Shown here: positions 29,890 through 43,238 of the stretch, piece after piece
Layout of the letters: each line of letters starts with the position of its first letter
Numbering within the stretch: position 1 is the stretch's first letter
From: Dicyema japonicum
Lineage: Eukaryota; Animalia; Dicyemida
Direction of reading: 5' to 3'
Assembly: GCA_011109175.1 (NCBI GenBank)
Contig: RDEW01000032.1
Coordinates: 651,334 to 715,333, forward strand
Length of the DNA: 64,000 nt
Position numbers and translations under genes: made by a program
The notes under the pieces: generated by a model
Told to the model about the DNA's origin: nothing
Seen by the model: the letters and a program-made list of their open reading frames with translations, nothing else
Databases searched by the model: none

Positions 29890-31545
29890 ATTTTTTTAAT
29901 AACCCCGGGAACACCGAGAAAGAAAGACAAAAGAGTCAAACAGTTAGGTGATCCCAGTCCTCGCAATCAATTGTGCCATTCGACGTCTGTGATCTTCGAT
30001 CGTCCCCACTACTTTCCGGAAGAGTCTTCTCTCGGTCTTGCAGAGGAATCCGATCGGAAAGGGGAATTTCTTATCCAATCGGTTTTCCCTTGTCAAGGAA
30101 AGGATCAGGCGAAGCGGATTTTTATCTTCCTCACAGACGCGAAGAAATCCGGAGCCACGACTACGGATCTTAGCTTCCATGAGTAGTGGGTCGACTGTTG
30201 ATCTATTACGTGGGCAAAGCATACTGATTGTTTTCCGGTATATCGAGTTGATTCTTTGGACCATAGACTCCGATAGCGCGAATCTCCATGCAACGGAGGC
30301 ATACTCAACGGCAGGCTCGATTGTTTGTTGGTAGAGGGTAGAAACTGAAAAGTCCATGTTCCTCGTGGTCCTCTGGACAACGGCGCGTAAAACGTTAATT
30401 TTCTGTAGGCCCCTGGCAATCATGTCTTTAGCGTTGGAGTCGAAATTGAGTGGATTGTCGTACTTGACTCCAAGGATAGTGGGGGACCTTGTCACTGGAA
30501 TCCGAGTGGGACCAATGAAGATACTCGGTTCATCCTTAGAACGACGGTCCGAAGTGAAAGTGGAACAGATGGACTTGGCTGCAGAAATCGTAAGTCGATT
30601 GCCAACAATCCAATCGTGGAGAGTGTTCAATTTTGTGAAAGTGGAGACCCCTGGGGTACTCCGTTCGGTAGTAATCGTGATCTAGATCTGAGATCACCAC
30701 TGACTACTCTTCCACGTCTTCCAGACAAAAAGTTGGCCAGCCATAATTTTACATTCGGACGATATTTTTCCAACAAGGATTTTCCTCGAAACAGTGTCAA
30801 AGGCTTTGTTGATGTCAATAGAAACCAAGATTGTGCGTTTGTGAGGCGGAGGATGGGTGTTAAAACCGTCGGCAATGAACTACGATAAGGTTGCCAAGTA
30901 TGACCTACCGCGGAGGAAACCATGTTGAAATATAGGACGTGGAAGATACGGAATAATGACTGATAATACAAGTTTCTCCATAATTTTTGACAGTGTGCTG
31001 GTAACGGAAATAGGCCTGTAGGAAGCAGGTTCTGTCTCTGGTTTCCCAGCCTTCAATATCGGTCTGATGATAGAATTCTTCCAAATCTGGAATAATATTA
31101 TAGTTAATGGACAGGTTGTATATATGCGTGAGGTAGCCAATTGCGTAGTGGCTTAGGTGTTTTAGGTGAATAGAAGATACTTTGTCAGGCCCGCACGCCC
31201 GTGAGCTCTTTAATCTGGTGATCACATTTAAGAGTTGGTCATCTGTGAATAGTTCGTGATAAGTTTCCTTCTTCTGTTTATGGGCACGCACTTTAATGTC
31301 CAGGTGTTTCGAGAATGGTTTGAAGCTAATTCCAGCGTAATGTTTCATAAGGGTGTTAGGATGTAGGTGGCATAAGTGTTCAGGAGAAAACTTTCCGGTT
31401 CCGTCTGCATCATCCAGCTCCGACTTGACTTGTTTAAGAGTTTTCCAGAAATGTCGGGATGTACTTTTCCTGTCGAGGTGGTTAACTAGATGCTCTTGTC
31501 CTTGTGTTCTTTTATGCTTTGACAGATCCTTTTATTTAGTTGTCT
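29890..31545 (-). mobile_element. APE-type LINE lacking the YxDD segment
   Basis: GPDKVSSIHLK, SYRPISVTS, QHGF and GVPQGSPLS joined directly to TKLNTLHDW; ends ARTGIT*. Confidence 0.88.
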
Positions 31546-31559
31546 GAGGGCTGTCAAAG

Positions 31560-32250
31560 ACTTCAGGTCCAACAAGGCCTTCGATAGCGTGTGGCATGAA
31601 GCCCTCCTGTCAAGGTTTGTGGCTGCGGATATTCCAAAACAACTTCTCATATGGTTAAAAGACTTCCTAACGGAACGGACTTTTCATGTGCGCATTGGGA
31701 AATTTGTATCCGGAGACGTTCCACTAAAGAGGGGTGTACCGCAGGGCTCTGTCCTGAGCCCCCTAGTGTTCAACATCTTTTATCTGTCGTACCCTAACTC
31801 TAAACTATTGATATACGCGGACGACATCTACTCATAGATATGTCTGGGAAGTCGACGCTCTCCGAAAGAAAACTAAGGATATATATTGACCGTGTGCAAG
31901 ACTGGTGTGTCCGGAGAGGGATGAAACTCTCAACAAGAAGTCAAACTTTATGAGAATCATCCGTTTACGAAGCCGTCATGTACAGCCTTATACGCTAGGA
32001 ATTCCAAGAGTTCGCTCGCTTCGCTATCTGGGTGTAGTAATCGACCAGGAAGGCTCATTTCTGGAGGACATCAAGCTGAGGAGGAAAAAGGCGCTCCAAG
32101 CGCTCCCCTGCACACGCAAGATGACCGTCAGTACAGAGACCTTCCTTCGTATTTTCATGAGAATAATCCTACTGAAACTGTTAATGGATGCGATGTCTAA
32201 GCGAAGATGAAAACAAGCTGTTAAAACTGATTAGCAGGATTGTGGAGGAT
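31560..32250 (+). mobile_element. LINE RT remnant (different subfamily)
   Basis: KAFDSVWHEALL..GVPQGSVLSPLVFNI..IYADDI..LRYLGVVID. Confidence 0.85.
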
Positions 32251-32620
32251 CGAATTAATGGTTTCAGGAGGAGATCAAAAATCTAGGACACGTATATAGA
32301 GGTGTGGAGTCCAAGCCTTATGGTAGGACTCAGATGTAGTACCCTCCAGAAAATTCCTTAACTCTTGTTAATAAATCGTGACGGTCAATAATACTTAATG
32401 ACTTTTTTGGTAATGAATTACTCAATACTACTCTAAATGTATCAGTATTTTTTTCTGACGCTATTTGTGAACTTCAAATTCACATATAAGTCGAGAAAAT
32501 TGCTTAAACATCAGTTGTGGGATGTTTAATTTAGAGAGTTTGCTGGTCATGATGGCACGGTCGGACACAATGGTGATGTGGGTAAGAGGAATTCGGTTTA
32601 TAAGAGTGTTGATTAGATTA

Positions 32621-33254
32621 CACTCAATCCCATAAATGTTGACCCAATTCCCACCCCACTTTATTTAACAAACAATATATATTATACTAATTAAATAATT
32701 TAGGAAAAAAGTATTTTATTCAATTAATCTGTTATTAATTCCATTTACCCTTTCCCAAAAACTGTTGTAATATGAGGACAAATTTTCGGATTCGAGACCA
32801 CTCATAACAAATCCGATATTTGTTAGCAATTCTCCTCTTACAGTTGCTCTTGGTCTAATTACATTTAGGCGAGATTTCACACAAGAAAAAAAGTTTTCAA
32901 TTGGGTTTAGGTCAGGTGAATAAGGGGGTAAATAAACATTTGTAACACTTTTCCTAATAAAGAAGTCTTTAATTTCATCACAATGATGAAATCTAACATT
33001 ATCCATCACAACAACAGGAGAATTTGTAAATATCCCCTTTTCATCACATTGATTTATAAAGTCTTTTAATTTGATTAAATAGACTTTCGTTCATAAAAAC
33101 CTTGCGACTTCTCATATCTGTATTAGTTGATACCATAATAGGGGAAATTATAATATATATTTACTCGTGTATTATATATATATAACTTGGACATCATTTA
33201 CGGGAATTGGGTCATCATTTATGGGAATTGGGTCATCATTTATGGGATTGAGTG
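32621..33254 (-). mobile_element. Internally deleted Tc1/IS630-type transposon with TIRs and TA TSD
   Basis: MDNVRFH..YLPPYSPDLNPIENFFS. TIR CACTCAATCCCATAAATG(T/A)TGACCCAATTCCC at both ends; TA at 32619-32620 and 33255-33256. Confidence 0.9.
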
Positions 33255-33659
33255 TAGTTACTGCCTGAGATAATATTTTTTCTCAATTTTAAGACAAAAC
33301 AGGTTTGCATAAAATTTTCCGTAAATTTATTGATCCCATGAAAAAAGCTGGTGGTACTACGATTACTTGTGCGGAAACCAATACACCTACTTGTATTCAT
33401 CAGGAAGCCCAGGACATTGTGTAATAGAAGTACGAGATCATAATTGATTAAAGGGCTAAAGGGGACTATTGCAGCCCTCTTTTTGAGTGATTTTCCATTC
33501 TTCTAATTCTATGAAACAAATGACGAAATGATCAGATAACTTCTTTTGGAATTAGACAAGTGAAACCACCAGATAACCGTGTAATATCTGATAGACAGAC
33601 ATGTGGTTAAGGCAAACTCATAACAGAATAGTTGTATTAAATTCATCCACCTCTTAAAT

Positions 33660-33960
33660 TTAAGAATACGGATGGCTGAAATGAAAGGAATGGCTGAAGT
33701 GGGGATTCCCAGAGAAAAATCGAATGAATCCGGTGGGCAAAAGAAGAAGGATAGACAAGAGAAAAGATGACTCAGACTCGGTCAGGAAGGAAGAATTGGG
33801 GGAAAGATAACAAGCCCAAATGTCTACGTTTTCTCCTAAAGGCATGTAAGAAAGTCTATAGTGTGCCAGATTGACTCGAACTTCCTTAGGCAAGGTAGCT
33901 TGAATGTCAGTTACATTCAGGTTTTTGATGACATTTGTGGTAATTAAGTAATTTACCCCC
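33660..33960 (-). mobile_element. Possible LINE endonuclease remnant
   Basis: IWACYLSPNSS followed by a degenerate GDFNAH-like region; weak. Confidence 0.35.
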
Positions 33961-34122
33961 CTTAAGGCGTGAAGAATCGTTATCAGTATATAGTGACTAA
34001 CAAAATATACTTTAGATTTAATAATGACATTTTTTATTAGATTAAAAAAATAATAAAAATTTATATTATATTTATATTAAATTAAATTAGGTTTAAATAT
34101 TAATTTATTTTTTCTGGTTAAC

Positions 34123-34528
34123 CTATTTTGGAATAAATTTTAGATTCTTCCTATTTCTGATCTTCCTAAACGAATCTTTTATTGTTTGCATATTTAAAAT
34201 GTTTGCTTCAAAATCAAATGGAAATCGTAACATTAATAAAGCCAGTGGGAAAAAAAAGATTCCAATGAAATATATAGATGACGATATAAAGCGAAGACAA
34301 TCTCTAAGCAAAAGGAAACATGGAATAATAAAAAAGGTTGTTTCCACTAAATTACTATAGGCTGGTGAATTGGCGACTCTGACAGGAAGTGAGATCGCAG
34401 TGATAATATACAGTCCGACAAAAATTTTCTCAATTTTTTCTACGGATAAATTCAAGCCCTTCTTCGAGGGAGAAAATGGAATGAGGACCCTTTCTAGAAT
34501 CCTCGACGGGGATGAAAATATTAACCAT
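34123..34528 (-). CDS. Candidate orphan membrane protein (needs one frameshift or intron)
   Basis: ATG at 34528 after an AT-rich flank; the frame switches at an A-run near 34435 into a hydrophobic 110-codon ORF with a basic C-terminal tail. Confidence 0.3.
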
Positions 34529-35019
34529 TAATAATTTTTTAATTAATTTTATACTTCCTTCCTCCATGTTGATAAACTTCCATTCTGTCTTGTGTGAGAG
34601 GTCATATGAGTCTACTCCCAAACGTCTTTATTGCTTTTGGTGTATCGAAAGATATCTTGGGTTTTCAACGTAAGTGAGCTAATGAGAATTTGGTCACGTG
34701 GGTATTTGCACAAATTTTTATATTGTCTTAGTACCTTTGTTTTTTCGGATAACGTGGGTAGACAAAATGACGAGTAACTTTAGAAGGACCAGGATCCCCA
34801 ATTGTAATCTTACGTTTGAATGTGGACACAAAGGAAGAACTTGATAGATACGATCATTCGTGACACCACATGACTACACTGTTGCAACTCCAGTTATTTG
34901 TCTGATTGATTGTAAAATTGATATTAATGTGTCATTACGGTGACGGTGGTAAACAAGGCCAGTCAGGGTCAGGGTATTTAATAATAAAGATAATAAAAAT
35001 CATTGACCCTGTTAAACAG

Positions 35020-35130
35020 AACCGGATCTCTTATCGCGAAGATGGAAAATGATAGAAAAGAAAGAAGCTGGCTAATTGAGGGTATCTCTGCAAATCGTCA
35101 GGGGAATGCGTTCTCGATTATGAGAGCATG
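35020..35130 (+). mobile_element. CRE-like 3' stub
   Basis: WLIEGISANRQGNAFSIM terminal motif. Confidence 0.5.
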
Positions 35131-36619
35131 TAAATTTAAAATAAATGTCAACTACTGCAACGTTTATTTTAGTGTAACCGTAGTGTATGTGACATCAAAC
35201 AATGTAAAAGAGTGCTCCTTTCAGACAACCAACCGATTCGTACCCCCTTTCTCCATACTGGAGTCAGCTACTTTCTTCCAGTGTCGAATGTTTACAGTCT
35301 ATTTCTTAAGCTAACCATCTAGAAAGCAATCCTGAATTATCCAACACGTGAAATAAAAAAACCGTGATCTCTCACTTCCGCCATTCTACAAGCCGCTCTA
35401 TAGTCCTGATAAACTTTAACATTTTCAACGGAGATTGGTTGTAAGACAACAACCCCCTCGACAAAATGGACGTTGCTTTTCATGGAAATCAACTGGAAGA
35501 GCGATTGAGTTTTCCTTCCTCAATTTTATCATTCAGACTTTCAAGCAAACAATAGCACGTCTTTCATCGACCATTCCAAAATAGTCTCCCACAACCCTTC
35601 TGGTATGACCATATTTATGTTCTACTCAAGGGTCCTTCTGACCACGACAGTCTGAATATATGTCCGTAGAGTGTCACCTACTTTGAGTGTGTTTTGGTGG
35701 TGCTTAAACGATCTACGTGTGACCTCTAAGAAGCAATGGTTTATAGAAAGACATAGACAAATTAGAAATACGTTGCAGGATTCCGAATCGAACCTATGAA
35801 ATCTACCAAACATGAACTTTTTTCGGCAAATATGGCCATTCAATTGAATCTCCCCCTAATTCCGCGACTATATGCCTAATTTGGCAACGGAGGCCGTATG
35901 CGGGTTTCTCCCTGATCCATGGTTTCAAGAATCTTACCGATATCCAATGCTATCCGACCTCCTCTGAGTTTCTCCCTGATCTAATGTGTTGGTTTTGAAA
36001 ATCTTGAGTTTTTGTTCAATTAATTTGGCTGTTTTGGATCTATCATCACCGCCCAAAGAGTAGGTGGGTTTCTTATAAACATTTTTATTGCATTGAAATG
36101 GGAGACTGTGCGATTGGAGGACCTAAAAGCTTTCATTTTGTATCCCACCAGGTTATAGTCAACGAAGGGGTAGACTTCATCCAATTGATATTCTTATAGT
36201 CTAATCTGGGCAGTCTTTAATTTTTGGAGTCACTCTTCAAGTCGTAAACCAAACCAACTGACGAGAAAGGCGATACTACCAGAAGCGAGTGTTAATTCGG
36301 GGGATGTAATGCTATCTTTGGATTTGTATAGTGTTTATCAATCGATCGTTCAAAATTACTAGGGTATGCAGATTCGCCAGTTGGTTCTTGAACTAATCCA
36401 GGTGCTTTACGCCATGGCCAACTGGTCGATCGCAATCGATTGATTTTTAACGATGCGATTGATATCGCACAACTATTTGTATTTTCCTGTTTATTTTTCT
36501 AAGAATTATTAGCCATCATGCTTATGAAGGACAGAACAACTATCTATAATTGTTTAATAAGTTTTTGTTATTATTCGATTTATTACCTTAACAAGCGAAT
36601 TTAATTAACAAAAAAATCC

Positions 36620-36760
36620 ATCAAACGTGGTCCCAGCCGACATTACCGACGTTGCGTGCCTCTCATGATTGCAACAGAGATCATCTGGAGAAGCCACCGG
36701 GTCTCATGTACGTCGTGGCTTTCTAGTGTAGCTAGGCGTTCAGCGATTCCCCACTTCGCT
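36620..36760 (-). mobile_element. CRE-like 3' stub
   Basis: RWLLQMISVAIMRG terminal motif. Confidence 0.5.
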
Positions 36761-38574
36761 TCGTGACGACCCCCTTATGACAAAAACAATTTATCAGCAA
36801 TTAAGAGACCTATTAACATAATCTCCAACGCAGTATTTTGATTTCCTTTAATGATTTCTTCAACTTTTGTATCAGACAATTTTGTGACGATAAATTATTC
36901 TTGTAGGGATTCTTCGTTGAGACTGGGTCACGTTTCTATGGACGCCCATACGTCACTCTTCCTAGGATAAATGAAATGTGGCGAACATTTGGATGACTTA
37001 GAGAGTTTGCGTACGACTGTAGATGGTGGAACCGCTTACTTTGATAGTTTCTAACTCAAGATGTTGAGAGACGTAATAATGGGATACGAATAATTGGAAA
37101 GTAATGGATAATAAAATCACCCTCATCTTATAGGAAAATTTTTGTCAATTTACTTTTATTTCATAGAATGTCCTTGTTACTACATCAATTCAGTTCCGCC
37201 ATATAATTTCCATGTCTGTTCAACCACATACTCCCAATAGAGATTAGGACAAACAGAGTAGAGATACACGAGATTAGGAAGAGTGATTGGAGAATGATGT
37301 TTGCTTTGACAATGGAAATAGAAAAGGAAAACTCAGCCATTCCAAACTATTTTATACAAAAAATAAAATACTGGATTTTCAATTACAGTAGAAGATTCCC
37401 CCTCCTTACTTCAGGAAGATATAAATGTTCATCGACTTTAAAGAGCTTTAAAATGCTATAAAACTGTGTAAATCCAATGTTCGCTTTAAGCCACGTGGCT
37501 TGGAAATATACACCTTCCCTGTTGTCATACGATTTATATTTTATAGAGTTTTGACAGGCGCTCCTTTAAACGGTGCTGTAGAGAGCTGGATGGAGTACTA
37601 ACACAATTGTGGATTGGTGGACGTTTTTACGAAAAATGTGTGTAGACTTTCTGTAAAGCAAACAAACGGTGGTAAGATACGATAAACCTTTTGTGGACAT
37701 GACATACACTGAATCACAAGTTAGGTCTCTTTAATGTAAACTTATAGACAAAATTGTATAAATCGTGAGACTGGTGGATACATCCAAAGATGGGGGAAAT
37801 TCCCGGTGTGGAACCGCAAAAAGTGACTTTAGGTTTCAATAGCTGGCAAATACTCCACAATAAGTCGAAGATCAGTTCCACGTGTCGAATAGTTTATTTT
37901 ACGTTTAGCTTTAAATTATTGATCTACGACCTATCCTAAGTAAAGGACAAGTTCCTTGTAGTCTTCAACATTGCTTCGATGACAAGATCATGTCATTTGC
38001 TTTTCGTTAGTTTTATTGACAATCATCATACACGTGCTGATTCTGGTGGATGATCATCCAAGTTCTTTCAATTTTGGTTGGACGAGATTCAAACTAGAAT
38101 CCACGTGGATAGAACACTTGTTTTGTTCAGAACTTGGGTTTTTCAACGTCTCTTGAATCCGTTACCTCGACTATGCTTACACAAAGGAAGACAAAGGATT
38201 TCGTCAATCATGAAGCTAAGTAAACATTTTGTGCAATTAAGGTCCGTCACCACCTCGCCCTTCTGACAATTAACCATTCTGCTACTTGTCCTAGTTGTCA
38301 ATTCTTATTTTATCTTCATGCCTCATTTTGATTGACAAATACTTAGTTTCCTCACTAACAGTTAAAACCTACTAAAAATAGCCAAAATGTGGCGGATTCA
38401 GGTTTACTAGAATTTTTAATCAACTGTTATTCCCCCAATTCTTAGATAAATACTTTTCATTCACTAAACCAAGATTTTCCAGAATATGTCCCCCACTATT
38501 GAAAGTTACTAAATTAACAGTGAAAGTCAACTAAAATAACAAACAGACTCAACTTTATTACAAGGAAAAACAAA

Positions 38575-41500
38575 TTAAGAATTCTCCAACTCATTAACAA
38601 TAACAGTATTATCAGCTTGCATAGCTCTCAGCCTCTCAATCTCCTCAAGTTCATCCCTCTGTCTTCGTTCCAGTTCAGCCAGACGTTCTCTCTCAGCCTT
38701 AATCTCAGCATCCTAACATCAAACAAACACAAACCTTTGATTTCTTCCATTCTGAGTAAACTTGGACCATATTCGTGTATATCCTCTCAACTTGTAAAGT
38801 CATCTCCCCAACATCCTCCACAATAGTAAACCCATCCACGTGCTCCCCAAGCCTCCTTGTAGACGGATAAACCTCATTATGAACCAAAACCAGCTTGGAA
38901 GGCTTTTGTTGTAGCTACAGTAACACAAAGTAATAACCAAATCAAAGACAGGCTTTAGGTCGGGACAACCCAAAAACAGAGACAACCTCCCAAATATGTA
39001 CAACCCAAGTCTAGCACGAGAAAGAGCCACAATAAGACGCCTAACATCCCTTAGGTGTCCCACGTGCTTGGTTTTGACCAAAGATAGCAAAATATAATCA
39101 TTCTGCCGACCCTGGTACTTGTCGACCGTACAGATCTAAACATCAAAAATATCCTGTAACCTTAGCGGGGGACCCAAAGAATGGGTTATTGGCACAACGA
39201 ACTCTCACGACGTCCTTGATTAACTGAACCTGTCCATTGTACGTCGACAGTATGGTTATTCGGTCCTTGGGGTACCCCAATAGACGCATATACATGAAGA
39301 GCGCCACTGCATACTCCGCCTCTCCCAAATTCTGGGTTATAATAGATCAAAGTACTTGGTAAAAGTACTGGGTCGGTTCCTGTTCCCCCACTCCATTGAG
39401 ATCTTCCACATTAATAAACTGACAGTCATGTAAAAGTCCAGGGTTGGCCATTTTAAAGTCAGGGTCATTCATAATATGAGGAAGACTCCCCAACTGTGAA
39501 TACCTCCATTTGTACAAGTCACAAATACTGAATATCCCCAATATGTACCTCGGTCGTGCCCTCCCCTGCATGTCCAGTTGTATTGTAGGGACTCCAAAAC
39601 TGATGAATCTGGCAAACAGGGACTGTTCCATATTACAGTACTTTTGTAGCACTGTGTTCTTAACTATTGGTGGAAGTTGGTAGTGATCCCCCAACATTAT
39701 CCACCTCTTCAGTGGATTCCCAATAGTCTCAGTCGGTCTCTACCAATTAGGTGACTAAAAACCTGCAAAAGTAGAGGAATGAATGTCTCAATCTCCAACA
39801 CTCTCCCAGCCTCCTCCATGACGATAGTGTCAAACTAGAGTAACCCCAAATCAAACTCTAAAGTCGGAGGCCAACAGATCAGTCCTCTTAAGAGCAGCGT
39901 GAGTGCACGTCATGGCTATAATTCTGGCTTCCTTCACAAGGAGGTAGTTCACTCGGTCCTTTCTATTTCTGAGTAGTTCAAACGGGTGAAATTGCTGGGG
40001 GTTACACAATCAGCATACTCTCAGTCTCTCAAATATACTGCACATATGAGAGTAACATTGTAGGGCTACATCAAAGTCCTCGTCCCAGTCGGCACCTTTG
40101 AAGATATTTTCAGAAGTAATATCATTGAAAAAATCCATAAAAGGGAAGTTTTCAGCAATAAAATCAACATTTCCCTACAAATAAACTCAAATAATACCGT
40201 CTCATCCTTTTTAATAGCCTCCACAAATCTCTTCCACCTTGGCTTAACCTCGTGAGTAAAAAAGTGATCAGCACTCTCACAGTCATGTTCCACCCAATTG
40301 GTTATGGACAAAGACTTTTGTAGTCTGGTCACATCGTCCAATAACTCCAGTCTAGTAGCCAGAGCGTAGTCCACTCGTCCATAGCTTCAATCGGAGAAAC
40401 AACTTACCGACTGAAATTCTTGTCAGTGTCCAAGTCCTCCTCTCCATGTCCCAGTCTCAATAGGTACCTCTCCTCAATATCCAGGGAGATCAACTTCTCA
40501 AACAGTTGATTTAAAGCTTGGTTCGAATGAGTAACAATCAGAGTCCTCTCCCTACTAAAATTGTGGTACAAATTGGCTATTATTTGGGCGGCCACGTCTG
40601 TTTTACCAGTCCCAGGTGGTCCCACAATCTAAAATACGCCAAAATGGGGACCATTGTGAGTCCAGGTTGCATTCCAGAGTGAATCGCTTCTACTTGCTTT
40701 GGAGTAAACCTCACTGAATTACTAAACAATAACACGTGACACAAACTATCTTTTCTGAGGCAGAAATGGCGGAATCTCAAATTTACAAGCCCCGGATTTT
40801 ACAGTGACGTCATTTTCAGAAGTAAAAGTGAGACTTGAGGTCATTAGAATTAATACTGAAAGGGAGGTAGTAGATCCTCAAGGGGCTCAGCGTTTTCAGC
40901 AGAAAATTGAAACCCCGGAAAGCTCTCTCTGAGATGGGGGATATCTAAAAAGGTGTCATTCCAATTGAAGCTCGAAATCCGCGATTCGAGACTTAATGAG
41001 TAAATTCTGATACTTTTTATAGCACGCTAGTGAGGGGTCGCCATAACCGAGGAATGCCTCTCCAATCCAGTCGGGTACCATCGGTTTTGAGTTGAGTAGT
41101 CCCCGAATGGTCTCGAGGACCGCCTTAAAGTTGTTAACCTCAGACTTTCTCCTCATAAAAAAGTTGAAGGATTGGTAAATGTCCTAAAATGCCTAACCAC
41201 CCATACAATGTGCTTTTCCTGTTGCATATCAATCTGATACTGAATGGGGTCTAGAGCCACTCTGTAAACACGTTCATCCTCCACGAATGGGGGTCGGGGA
41301 AGGTCTATATAGGACTTTATGTCTTACTATAATCAAGTTCGTTTCCGTCGTCGTCCAAAATAGACTTAATCTCACAACCGCGGACAAACACAACCCAAGA
41401 AGGATTAAACCTCTCAGAGTTAGGACGAACGGTCACAAGGAAGCCAACGTCGTACTCTGCATAGACTCCCACTCATTCTTGACCTCCCGCGGAAGGTTTA

Positions 41501-42994
41501 AGTGGAGAGTCAACTCTCCAATGACTGCCGATGGGTGTCTCTGAGCCAGCTTTGGCTTACCCACTTGAATTATCCTGAAATTCTGTATAGGTTGAGCCAT
41601 TCGAGCCCATCCGTCAAAGACCACGTGTTCTGGTCCAGAGATACTGCAATTAATAAACCATGAACTGTGGTTTCAGTCGTTCAATTGAGTTTTCCAGTTC
41701 CTGTTTTACCTCAAACGTGGACTCCAACCGGAAGAGCAAAAAATTCCGTAAATAGTAGTCAAAAAGAGACAAAAACTGCAAATTCATCTTCGGTAACGGA
41801 AAGCAGTCTAAGTTTTGTTATTCAACTACCCTTTTCTGTGATTTGTTGTACTCCCGTGTTGTTTTCCCCCCAAATGAACTCTTCAGTAGGATATAAAGGC
41901 AGATTATTGAGTTGTTCAATCTGCAGAGGTCGTCGAGAGAATTTGGAGATCTAAAACTGTGGCTAATGAAAAACCATGATTTCTATGATAAAATCCGTGG
42001 AGAAGTCGTGTTGCGGACAGATAAGCTTCATCTCAACAGCGAGATCTTTTAAAGTTGAAGGTCTATGGGGTTAAGGGGCATATCTTACTCGACAGTGCGG
42101 AGGGCAGCCTCTATTGACTTTGGGTTGTCCACGTTGGCTACGGAGACGAGGGTGAATGCTTTGAGTTTCTCAGGCTCGACTTTGAAGAGGAGTTTCTGAA
42201 GATGAGTCATTTTGTTGTAGTGGAGGTCGAGAACTGCAATCCCGGGGAATTCGTCCCCTGTGTATAGGTCGATCTCTGCGTAGTAGTAGGACTCGAACAC
42301 GTCCATGATTTGTCGAAAGATTGCTGAAGTTTTGAATAGTTCCAGTCTTTTGAGACGAATCACCACGTGGGTGTAGTCGAGGACAATGTGGAAGAACCTC
42401 TTATTGTAATAAATGCTCTCCAGTGTTATAAGGAGGTCGACAAAGTGCATAGAAAGCGGTAAATTTGGGGTGTTAGAGGAGAGGAACTTTTCTATCATTT
42501 TGTGTAGAAAGGTGGCATAAGTGTCCTCAGCCGCTTGATCTTGGGAAGTCATCTTTTGGTATTTTTTATCGAAGGCTCTCCATGCCTTTCCCCAGCGAGA
42601 ATTCTTGGCCAGTTCCTCATTCCGTCGTTCCTTTAATCAAAATGAAAACCAACCTCAGGAAGGACCGTCAAAACTCTAACAAAAACCAGTTTTTGTACAG
42701 AATGGAGAATAAAGTCCACGTGCAAACTGTTGAGACAGTTCTTTATAAAGATTATTAGTTCCATGTCTTCTCTATAAAGGCAGATCTCCATTATTTTACT
42801 GAAAAAAACAGAAAAGTCAACATCAGTCTTGTAGGGGAAATGCTATCCTGGTAAAATAAGCCTAACCTCCCAAGGAGGAATCCGTTCGGTAAACCTTTCA
42901 TTAATATCGGTGCATAGGGCGATGATCTGGTGGACTTGTTCGTCCTATTTGTTGTAATTTATATTATTACTGATATTGAAGAAATTTTGCGCAT
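38575..42994 (-). CDS. AQR: Aquarius/IBP160 spliceosomal SF1 helicase
   Basis: [91 protein letters not shown]. The introns I placed are 22-26 nt, and the stretches I translated by hand had no frameshift. The start ATG at 42994 is inferred. Confidence 0.95.
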
Positions 42995-43019
42995 TATTTT
43001 GATTATTTAGTATGCCACG

Positions 43020-43197
43020 AAAGCGTGATTTCAATTTATTTTAAATTAATTTTCAAAGTTATTAATATATTTTTAAATTTGTTTTTGCTACCCTATGAAT
43101 CGTTAGTTAAAGCGTGATTTCAATTTATTTTAAATTAATTTTCAAAGTTATTAATATATTTTTAAATTTGTTTTTGCTACCCTATGAATCGTTAGTT
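43020..43197. repeat. Perfect 89-bp tandem duplication directly upstream of AQR
   Basis: 43020-43108 equals 43109-43197 by eye. Confidence 0.85.
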
Positions 43198-43238
43198 AAT
43201 GCAAATTAATTAATTTAATTACATCTGCGTTAGTAAAC

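Noticed and set aside
35340-36520. Moderately GC-rich minus-strand stretch with exon-like pieces and a DQGET repeat
   Set aside because: No consistent spliced frame or recognisable family; similar unassignable stretches lie at about 6500-7000, 56000-56480 and 62480-62794.
42848-42866. Apparent 19-nt intron in AQR
   Set aside because: The frame requires the downstream AG, giving 24 nt.
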